64,000 nt of DNA from Lingula anatina (GCA_051362555.1 CM120649.1:19110567-19174566); one strand, 5' to 3'; shown: positions 27,615 to 38,625, counted from the stretch's first letter. The notes: generated by a model from the sequence alone, not told the origin. A program made the numbers and translations.

Positions 27615-27669
<55 letters not shown>

Positions 27670-30600
27670 TTTTAAAAGTCCAATTTTATTATTCAGTATC
27701 AAACAACAAACAACCTTACATTATTTGCCTATAAGTCACAAACACACACACTTGTACTCTTCCCCCCTCTCTCAGTATGAAAAATATACCATTACCATAG
27801 TGCCTATAAGGATAGAAATGGAGATTGACCATTTATTTTTTAACCTTACAGTTGAAATATTTAAAAAAGTATACCCTGAAATGGTTGCTTGTCAATTAAA
27901 TTGTAACATATACGATTAACATTTTCCCACACATTGTTGTTTTTGTCGGTGTACATACATGTATACAAAGAATATTAGCAAGTATTTCTGTAGTATTTAA
28001 TATAATCTTGTTTCTTCCCATGTGGGGATTTCTGTTCTCGTTCTATATATACTAACATATACTTCTAAATTATTTAAATAAGAAAATTAAGACCTTTAAT
28101 ACTGTAGGCTTCCACGAGCCCGTTAAAAGTCAAACTTCTCTTCTCAGGGAGCGTGCCGGACGCTGTTGCAGTCGACCATATTTCCCGCCTATTGTACTAC
28201 ACCGAGGGCATGTATGAAACCATTGGTGTGATGAGATTGGACGGCTCCCAGCACAAGATCTTATTAAGAACTGGATTGGATATGCCGAGAGCGATGACGT
28301 TGGATCCACTTAATGGGTATTTACGAGGGTTTCCCCCAATTTTTTAGAGTTGACATTATCAAAATTGAAATTGATTTTTAGTGTGTGTGTGTGTGTATGT
28401 GTGTGTGTGTGTGTGTTTTAAACTTATTTTGTTTTTAAATATGCACTTATGTTATGCTTAACATGCCCTTTCCTGTTTTAGCTCTAAACAATCAAAGTCA
28501 AAATAAGCGAGTCGAAATGTTGTGATTGTTTCATTAGATGCACAACCATCACAAAATAGATAAATCTCCAGGAATGGTAAGATGCGGTCATTAATTTCTC
28601 TTTGGCCTCAATAAATGGAACAAAAGCATCTAGACAATATAACATGGCATTTAGCAACGTAATATGAGCGGCTGCCAAGCCTAAATTACTTGGGCCAATA
28701 ATTTTTTATATTCATGACACGTTTTATGGAGGAGATCATGAGCACAATGCATTGTAAAAACTTGTTCAGCGTAAAGTTTCGTGGCATGGTGTTACATAGC
28801 GTAAGACGTACACGTTTCTTCCATACTTTGTTACAGCTGGATGTATTGGACGGATTGGGGTGCGGAACCAAAGATAGAACGTGCCCACATGGACGGCGAA
28901 AACAGACAAACTGTGGCGAACACGGATCTATCATGGCCGAACGGAATAGATATTGACATCCCTGGTGAGATTTGCGCCACATATGGGATTATAAGATTTC
29001 GTTTTATTAAGATAATTCCTTCTTAATATCGATTATTTAGAAATACTTGTATAATGTTTTATTAAAATGTTATTGTTTCATAATTTAGATATTATTTATT
29101 TTCTAATGATTGCGAAATATATTCTGTAAATTCAAGGCCCAAAACCGTTTTTCTTAATTCTTGATTTAAAACTTACACAAACACCTGAGATATTGCTTTA
29201 CAGAACAGAAACTTTATTGGTGCGATGGAAATTATTCCAAAATTGAAGTGTCCGACCCAGATGGAAGTAACAGACGGTCTTTGATCGAAGCGGAAGATAC
29301 TCTTGGTGGTCACTACTATGGCATTGCCGTGGACGACCAGCAGATCTATTTCACTGATTGGAAAATCAATGTCTGGTACGACATTTCCGTTTAAAACATC
29401 TGCTATTGAAACTTTCTGGATTGAATTTTTTGTAAAATTGTGTTATCTTAATTAAAATGCCTGTAATATGCCTGAATGTGAATCTAACCTGGATTGGCAC
29501 AGTACCCGGTGTACTCATTTAATATAGACTACACCTTTAATGTAATGCTGGTATTGCTAGCAAATGCAATTCTTTCAAATTTATTTATATCTATACAGCT
29601 ATAAATTCAATTTATCTCAAGTTGATTTGTATTCCTTTGTGTATTTCTTTTCTATTTTATTTTTTGGTATTTTAATAACGCACATTTCAACAGGGCGTTC
29701 CATAGAGCCAACAAACACGACGGCAGTAACTCGAGTGTTCGTGCTGCCAGTTTTATTCCCTTGGCCAAGTTAACTGGTGTTCATGTGTACAGAAGTTCAT
29801 ACCATTTATCAGGTAAGGCATGGGGTGTTCACAGAAAATGTAATAATGGTTTGGGGTCTAATAGCCGGCTAAGATGTTGGTGACTTAGTTGTTCTCAGCA
29901 AAATTCGCCTTTTTGGTATTATTATCTTTGCGAAATTTGAAATCTATGAAAATTTTCTTAATAGAAATTTTAAGTCTTAGTAGGTACCTTGCACACAGTT
30001 AGCTAAGCTGTTGTATCATTTTAAGTTTAGCCTTATAGTTTTAGACGTCTTTTAGACATTTCAGAATTTTCCCAGTCTCTCTGGCTTCAATATTATGATC
30101 AATCACCCTGCATATTCTTATGGTAACTTTTAAGATCATATTAAATCACGTGTAGAAGTTCCAGTCCCAACAATTAATTTTTGTGAATGCTATAACGTAT
30201 CAGTATATGTCTCAAACAGCTTAGTGAATATGTGGCTCTTGACTTCACTCTCTCAACCCTGTTTACTATTAGGCTAAAGTCACAAATCGCTGTAAGCTAA
30301 GCATCCAGTATTCTTATGCGAATAAGGTGCGTGTCACAAAGATGATGCACATGTACTAAAAGATACATACTGGTATACAACAGCGCGTCTATATCCATAT
30401 ATCATTGCACATCATTTCATGTCCTTATATATCGCCACATTTTATCAAATGACATCTTAAACGACTACATTCACTACATAGAGTTATTGTCTTGTTGCAC
30501 TTTACGGCATTTTTTGCTTTGGGAAATATGTATTGTAGGATCGAACGGCTGCAGTTTAAACAATGGGGGTTGTCCATACCTGTGTCTACCAAAACCCAAC

Positions 30601-31736
30601 GGCAGAACGTGCGCATGTCCAGATGGGGAATCCGCATGCGTTTCGACGACATTTTCCAACACCTTTACAACTCCTGTTGTAACAAAACCGCCCACCAAGA
30701 CTACTACGCCTACTACAAGAACCACTGCACCAACAACGACTACTACGGTAACGACAACGTCCACTACGCCTACTACCACTAGTGCTACCACTACGCCAAC
30801 TACAACGACAACGCCTACTACGACTTCTACTACGTCTACCACGCCTACTACCACCACCGGCACAACGACATCCATTACCCCGATCACCACGTTCGTTTCG
30901 TCAACTTCCCTCGCAACGACATTCCCTGCCTCGCCTCCCACAGTTACACTAGCGTCTACCATCCCGAATGTTATTCCAACTAGAATAGAGGGAGCTGAAA
31001 ATGACGCAGGTAGCATGACTTTCAAAGGTCAAAAATAATTATAATATACAATAGTTGATGGCTTTAACTGGTATTGAATTAAACTTTATAGAAAGATCGT
31101 TTTATCTTCTAAAGGTGGCTTTGAAATAGAGACCGTCCATTCATGGAGAAACAGAGGAACAAGCCCACTTAGCAAAGTGAAAATTTTGCGGCAAATGTGC
31201 TGGCAATTTGCAACAAACTAAACTGTTTGCAGATTGATGCAAGGAAAAATGTTGCTGCATAATTGCAAGAGCATCTAAAGTTTGCGAGACTTTTGCAAGA
31301 AGCCTTCGTATCTTCTCAAGTCTAAACAGTATCTCATTTGCAGAGCAGAACTCGTTTTTGCAGATTTGCTGCAAATTTGAGGAAACAGTTTGCAAGAAGC
31401 CTCAAATTTTTGGTAAAAGAGATCTACATTTTTAATTGTCTCCTGCTTTTGCGAGAAATCCATGCATTGTTAAAATCTTCACATTTGTAAGACATTTACT
31501 GGAATCGTGAAATCCCCTTCGTCAATTCCAAAGATTTCACAAACAGTATTGTTATTTTTGTTATTCCAGGAGGGAATGGCGAGGACACGGCAAGCATCCC
31601 GCTGGTAATTGGTGTCGCAGTGTCCACACCGTTGGTCACCGTAATTTTGGTGGTGGTCATCATACGACTGTTTCTTAGGAGACGAAGGTACAATATATGT
31701 ACATGTATCTCTCTTTCACACACATACATGTACAGA

Positions 31737-31769
<33 letters not shown>

Positions 31770-32201
31770 AAAGTTTTGTATATATGTAATATTTCATTCA
31801 TACATTTCTATATTTATTCATCTATATTTTTTACTATGTATTTTCTTGCTTTAGTTTGTATATTTCCAATCGCAGACTTTTTTCTTGTGAATAATTTCTT
31901 ATCATCCTTTCTTCTTGAAGATAGGACAAAAGTGGCGTTCGTTTGTGAATTTTATTTCAGAACACCGCCACCTGACCCACAAAGTCTACGTGTTCTTCGC
32001 TTCAACCCCGCGTTTTCCGACCGTCCGGTACCTCCCCCTCCTAAATCACCTAAAGGACATCTTCGTGTGTCAACCGATTGGGAGTTCGACCATATTCAAA
32101 GTGATTACCTATCATTTACAGCAGATAATATTTATGAGGGGACCCAAGAGAATCAGTATTCGGATTATGCCAGCATCTTACCGCAGAATATGGACGTTTA
32201 A
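24066..32201 (+). CDS. YWTD beta-propeller/EGF/mucin-stalk type-I membrane receptor, copy C (complete, 573 aa)
   Basis: Exons 24066-24123 ([19 protein letters not shown]), 27310-27555, 28148-28316, 28837-28964, 29204-29375, 29694-29812, 30539-31009, 31570-31687, 31961-32201. Exons 1-6 have the same sizes as in copy B (58/246/169/128/172/119); total 1722 nt, in frame. Confidence 0.9.
24606..25496. mobile_element. ~890 bp non-autonomous DNA transposon (PIF/Harbinger-like) in intron 1 of copy C
   Basis: TIRs TGGCCCTGTCACACCTTGACGATTTAGCCAGCG / CGCTGGCGAAATCGTCAAGATGTGACAGGGCCA. Empty site GAAGTTCAAAATGTATGAAATTAC is seen in copy B at ~13883. TSD is AAA, or AAAAT if the TIR starts at GG. Confidence 0.85.
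31164..31420. mobile_element. Degenerate TTGC-rich MITE-like sequence in intron 7 of copy C (partial homologue at ~19450-19555 in B)
   Basis: Starts CCCACTTAGCAAA; the B copy ends TTTGCTAAG (inverted match); many internal TTTGC/GCAAA motifs. Confidence 0.35.
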
Positions 32202-33667
32202 CCAGCAGCTTCAAAGGGGGGGTACCCCCCCCCCCAAAAAAAAAAAAAAAAAAAAAAAAAAAGAAGGAAATAAGTGAACTCCCGGTTGACCCCTTCAGTT
32301 AAACCAAGGGCGAAGACATACTTTTTTGGGTTACTCAACCAAAGGAATGGAACATATGAAACCTTTGTAAACTTTGGGTTCAGAGAGGACAAAGGGTTTA
32401 AAGACAAAGATGACAAAGACAAAAAATTATATATATACGCTGACACACTGATAGTGGATGACGTCATATAGTGGATGACGTCATATAGTTGGAGCTTTAT
32501 GCAGTCATTTTTATGGGAATATAGTCTTACGTTTTATTTTGTGTGGGACTTTTGTTTAGCACCTATATGTACGTCAACATTTGATTCAGAGTGGATGTTT
32601 TCCTGACATAGCAGCTGTTATACCAAACATCTCAACCCCCCCACCCCGACCATGTTGCATGTGAACAAATGATGTAAACACACCTCGTGACAGTCACGTG
32701 TGGGCATGGCACGTGCTGATGGACTGAAATACGAACACGTCCATAGATAGGATAGCTCAAGATTCCTGAACTCTTATGGGAATACGGCACTTTTCTAGTA
32801 AATGAGAGGCACACTATAGAAAGGGCTGTCTGTTGTTTGGAACTCAGAAAACGGTGAAATTCTGCATTCAAACTGTCTACGGACTTAAAGTTAGAATCAA
32901 ATGCATTAAGAGTATTAGCAAATGTAGAATTTTTTGTAACGTGTGCGTTTTATGAACCTGTTCAGAATAAAACTCCTTAGAGAATTAACATATGTTCAAG
33001 TGTATGCAAACTGCGCCTAAGAGCAAGTACAGTGAGAGTCAAGGTAGTACGGAGCTGCAAGACAGAAACATCAGATTTGTTTAACACAAACATATACAAG
33101 CTTCCCATTCATTAGAAAGGTAAATCTCGCCTTAGATTTTGATCAACTTAGGCCAGGCTAACCCTAACCTTTATAACTAAATGGAGGGCGGACTTTCTGT
33201 TACATGAACCCTCAGTTTCATTACATAGGGTAATTTTACGTGTGATCCTGAATATATTTGTCTTTATTTCAAATATGTGAATTTACACAGTTAAGAATTT
33301 AAAAAGTTAATAATCGCTGTTAAAATGTAAATATGTTTTTGAAGGAAAAAATAAAGTCGCAATGTTAATTACGGATATGTCTGTCATAGTGATTTTATTT
33401 AAGCATGCTTTAGATCAGGTTGGGTATCGGCAACAGACAACAATGAAGAGTGTATGTTTTTATCAACTTAATTAATATATCTAAAGCATGGAGGCTGAAA
33501 ATATCCGGGATGATTGTTTCATGTTTATCTTTATAACATTTTTTTTTTTTTGGGGGGGGGGGGTTAGAACTGGGATACTCGGAATATTTGGGGGCACCAT
33601 CTAGAAAATACTACGGTCTCTGTTTTGGCGTGGTGGCGGAATAGAATATAAAGGGGAGCGGGTTTTT

Positions 33668-33957
33668 ATTTTCTGCTTTTTGTCTGTACATTTGACAGCT
33701 TTGCTGTCTTGTTTCTCATTTTCCCGATTTTTCAATTAAACGGATGGATTCCTCTTTTGCATTCTCTGACCCCCCAAATAAATAAATAAATAAATAAAAT
33801 TGCTCATAGAGCATTTTCTGCTTTTTGTCTGTACATTTGACAGCTTTGCTGTCTTGTTTCTCATTTTCCCGATTTTTCAATTAAACGGATGGATTCCTCT
33901 TTTGCATTCTCTGACCCCCCAAATAAATAAATAAATAAATAAAATTGCTCATAGAGC
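33668..33957 (+). repeat. Apparently perfect 145 bp tandem duplication
   Basis: Units 33668-33812 and 33813-33957 read identically, including the (AAAT)n run. Confidence 0.9.
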
Positions 33958-34756
33958 AAAAAAGACTGCAAATGTGTTGAAGCTATCAATATTTAGATTT
34001 AGTTACAAAATAAATGAAATAGGTCGTAGAGGAAAATCATGCAAAGGTTGTAATTTTTTTAATTCCAATTTACTTGTAATTGTTATGTATTTTTGAATGT
34101 AGCAGTATTTAGATTGAAGTACAAATTAAATAAGATAATGCAAATTGTACAGGCAGTATATTTATTTTAGCTAATTTTGAAATGGGAAGGATTAGATTAT
34201 TAAGTGAATAGAATTGCCTAGTACATTTGATTCCAAAATATTAAAAACAACACAGGGGGCCTGAGGGGGGGTCTAAAATAAGTACCTCTACCCCCCACAC
34301 TGGTATGCTACAAATGCTATATGACACCTTTTTTTAACAGGTGATTAGTACTATTCATACCACCTGAATTTCATTTTTGATTTAAAACTTTCATCTTTGT
34401 CAACTCTACAAATAGCACAATAACCCTGACATATGTTCCTGAAGAAAAGAGAGGATACTGAGAAGCATTACCAGCGCACCACGGCTTCAAAAGGTTAACT
34501 AACAATAAGTAATGCATGTGTATTTTTAACATGCTATACTTACACCTTTCAAAAACTCTATGTCTAACACTGTCAAATGTTCAAAGTATATGTCTGAGAG
34601 CTGTATAATATATTTTAAGTAGCCTATTTACTCTGTACATAATAAATCCCCGTGTCATTGTTGTAGGCCTACATATTATATTTTTAAGTTGTAGGCCTAC
34701 CTTTTCGTAAGATCCATTAAAATTGTACCTTTTGGTAAAAGCCATGAATACACAAT

Positions 34757-35073
34757 CAGGCCTACCCAACTACCAGACTCGGCACCGAATGATCCTGAAT
34801 TCACCGGTAGATCAGACCACACTACCCGTTTTCAAGGTGTGAGTCAGTACGCATTACACAGTATCATACCCTGAACAAATTTTGAGTGGTGATGCAATGC
34901 TTTTCAACCCCGCTGAGAATCGTCACTATCACATCGCGTACTAGGCAAGAGCGGTGTCGCGTCTGATACTGTGTAATGCGTACTGATACACACCTTGAAA
35001 ACGGGTAGTGTGGTCCGATTTACCGGTGAATTCAGGACCATTCGGTGCTGAGTCTGGTAGTTGGGTAGGCCTG
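34757..35073. mobile_element. 317 bp MITE with ~110 bp TIRs and 5 bp TSD
   Basis: CAGGCCTACCCAACTACCAGACTC... and ...GAGTCTGGTAGTTGGGTAGGCCTG, flanked by ACAAT at 34752-34756 and 35074-35078. Confidence 0.9.
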
Positions 35074-35242
35074 ACAATTAAAATAAACATAAAACAGTTC
35101 ACCTACCTTTTAGCTTGTTTGCTTTGCAGTGGGTCATTTAATTCATTTCATCATCTATTCATGTTAAATTTAAACGATTACCATATTTTTAGTCTATTTC
35201 ATAAAATAGAATAAAGAAACAAAATAAAGCAAAAAAAAATTG

Positions 35243-35320
35243 CGGCCGATTTCAGGGGTCAAACCCGGGCCCTCCCGCTTACGTGATAGGGCGAAGGCGA
35301 TAGCGTTTGAGCTATGCAGC
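35243..35320 (-). mobile_element. Degenerate tRNA-like SINE head
   Basis: Reverse complement has TAGCTCA (A-box-like) and CCCGGGTTTGACCCC (B-box-like) at tRNA-like spacing. Confidence 0.35.
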
Positions 35321-35647
35321 CTATTCAACTGCTAGCCTCTAAAATACAAGTAGGGCCTAGTCAATAGTGCCGAGTGCACAACGTCTAAAGACGCTTTTTG
35401 CACACCACACCACGCATTCATTGACAAAAGAATAAGTATAATCTTTCCTTTTCACGTCGCGTTTTGACACTAATAACTGCAAATTGAACGCCAGCCTGCC
35501 CGCATAACCATATGCTGCCGCAACGTTGGGACGACCAATAAGACTGCAAAATGCTTTTGCAGTCAATAAGCAGGCAAAAAAAAACAATCCTAATGCAGCC
35601 GGATATGCGATTAGGTTTGTATTGGGCTTATCTTGGATTGTATAAAC

Positions 35648-38534
35648 ATGGCGGACAAACGTGTGTCAGGTTTGTTGATTTCACATCACTTTTACAAAAT
35701 ACACTTTTTCCGGCGAGGGATTGTTATCTGTATAATGTATTTTAAGCATCAGGGGATGTAATCGGGCTTACATTTAGGTATTGTTGTTTAAACATGTGTT
35801 ATACGCACGCACAGGAGAGATTTTTGTGTCCGAATTTTCCATCTCGTGGACATTTTGAAAACCCTAAGGGCACTCACGCTCACCCACCATATAACTCTAA
35901 CATTTGATGATTCACATTCAATTCTTTTCTAAGTGATGTTATACGGTGACTCAGTATCAGCTTCTCAAATGAAACAACTATAGTAATACCGATTAATAGA
36001 TGTTTTTACATGAAACTTTTTGCGATCCAAAATATATTAATATTAATTCATACTAGTACATTGTACAGTATGGTCTCCAGCACTGATTGTGACAGCCACC
36101 AGATGGGTGAAAATCTGCTGTTATTTTATTGGTAGAGCTTGAAGGTTTCATAGAAAAAAGTAAAAAAGACTAATTCTTTTAATAGCAGAAACATTGATCA
36201 ATCTCAAGAGCAACAACACCCAGTCTGCAGCAGTGTAATGCATTTTTTGTGAGAGTGTAAAAGTCAACTGCCAGACCAGGGATCGAACCCGGGACCTCTC
36301 GCTAACAGGGTGAGTGCTCTACCACCTGAGCTATCCGGACGGTTCTACCCTGCGTCTGGCACTACAGCAGGACCAAAATGACCAGGCGTCCATTGAATTA
36401 TGAATTTTATCTTATGCAGAACTGCAACGGACTGGGTTGCAGTCTTTTAAAAAATAAATTATCATTGCATGCTTTAAGTTTTCATAACCTATTCTCTATT
36501 TCCTCTCAATTCTGCACCCAGACCGCCTCAAGGACATTAACTCCAGGAGAGTTCTGGATGAGGCTGCAAGAAGACGTCGACTGAGGAAGGCACTAGAGGC
36601 GCTGGAGAGCGACAACTTCCAAGATGATCCCCATGCCGACCTGAAGATGAGCAAGAGAGCGCCAAAGTTTGAGGAGTCCATGGATGATAAAATGCGTAAG
36701 TTCAGCTGTGTTAATGACCATACTTCAAGTACCGTCTTTATGTTGAGGACGGTGAAATACAAGGCTTAAAGATGCATACAAAGTCAATTTTTTGTCACAA
36801 AAACCAACCAAATGCCAGCATATAGTTCCAAGTAGTATAACTAAGAGAATTACCAAAAGGCATTGTTTAATTTTACCCGAAAATGATGTTTGAACAGATT
36901 TTTCTGCTGGCATTCTTAGCTGTATGTCAATGGGGCAGGGAAGTAGGTCACGGAGGTAGGTTAAATTTACAACCATAAATTTAAAGAAAGGAGCAATCTA
37001 AAGGTCTTTTATGGCTGGTCGAGTGATCTATTAAGTTTATTCCTTGGCATGTCAAATTTATTTGAGTCATATAAGAATCTAGTAGAAGTGGTTTACATGT
37101 GTTACTGGGAATCCACGCTCCACCGATGCTCGGTTCGTATGTACCTTTAAGGAAGGTCAGGGGTGGGGTCAAAGTTCAGTTCATTTTCTAATATATTTTG
37201 CTCTGTTTTCAGCAAAGAAGAAGAGAAAGTCCAAATCTGATGTCTACAAATTTAGGTTTAAGAAAAATTTTGCTTCGTTATTGGAAGAAGAGGTATGTTT
37301 CTTAGTTATAGATATGTTATAATTACTGAGTTTAATAGGAAGTTATAGTGTCTTGGTAATGCTCATTTTCTTCTTTTTCTTGTAATATGAAAATGTTAGA
37401 CATTAGAAAGTAGTTAAGAATTGCCTTAGAATGAAAGGAAAATTTTGTATTTCAGTACCTATGAAGTCAGCTTGGTTTTAACCAATATATTAAGTATTGA
37501 ACTTGTCTGAAATTGACTAATAAATTTCAAAAATGGGTATGATTTTTATTTTTAAGCTGTAAAAAGTTGAACAACTTGGCAGTGGATATTTTTTCACAAT
37601 TTCACCCTTTTAAAAATATTTATTTTAAAATGCTTTCATTTATTTCCTAATTCAGCACAATACAGAGGAGCCAAACTACTTCTCAGCTCAAGTTCCACCG
37701 TCACAGTTTCCTGAGCGACATTTTTGTGCTGTCTGTGGATATCCTTGACATGAAAAATGCTGTTAATTTCTATTTATAAATATAAGATAACTCTTGTTTT
37801 CAAGGGGGTACCCAAATATCTACCCTGCCTGATCTACTTCAGATGAGTGATAATTTATACTATGACATGCTGAAGAACAGGGACAGATCCAGACATATTT
37901 TCTTCCAAATTATCTTTTTGAGCCATCCTCCATTATTGATTGTCTTCCAACAGAAAAAAAGATACCTGTCAATGTAAATTTGAAAATCTGACTGTCTTCC
38001 TGAAGACCCATAAGATGGCCTCGATCCACCCCTGAAGAATGTGTTATCAGATCTTGACAGCTGGTGTAGGGCTTGTGTCATATGCTATTACAGGGGCCTT
38101 AGTTTGGACACCATATTCTTAATTATGTAATATTTGTAAATTGTCACAGGGTTAGTTTTAACTAGCTGTATGTTTTAAAGGACCTTGGTTCAAGAACCAT
38201 ATTGCCGGTGTAACAGGAATGGTAGTGCACTTAGAACTGCAGTCTGCCCTCCCCCCCCCACCCCCATTACTTTGTACAGTTGATATTCATCCCATATACC
38301 AACCCCAATACTCCAACTAACCCAAACCTGTACTAATCATATAGGAGCCCAGACTTCTATTCCTTGGACTACCATTGCTGTCACACTACCATATTCTACC
38401 ATATTCTACCATTGGAAGTTCTATGCTCCTTAACTATTATACATCACCATCTAACTACAAGTGTGTGCCCTGTGGTGCCCGCTACTGCTGTGTACGATGT
38501 CTGGGAACACATCAAGATACAAGGTTACTATATT

Positions 38535-38569
<35 letters not shown>

Positions 38570-38585
38570 TGTATTTATTTATTCA

Positions 38586-38625
<40 letters not shown>

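Noticed and set aside
2728-32201. Naming the receptors LRP4, LRP5/6 or LDLR
   Set aside because: No LDLa repeats or PPPSP motifs, only 1-2 propellers, and recent tandem paralogy; orthology is unsupported.
36270-36342. Functional tRNA gene
   Set aside because: Acceptor and anticodon stems do not pair properly.
37835-37876. Possible C/D-box snoRNA in the U12 intron (CTTCAG...ATGAGTGA...CTGAAG)
   Set aside because: No proper RTGATGA box C and far too short.
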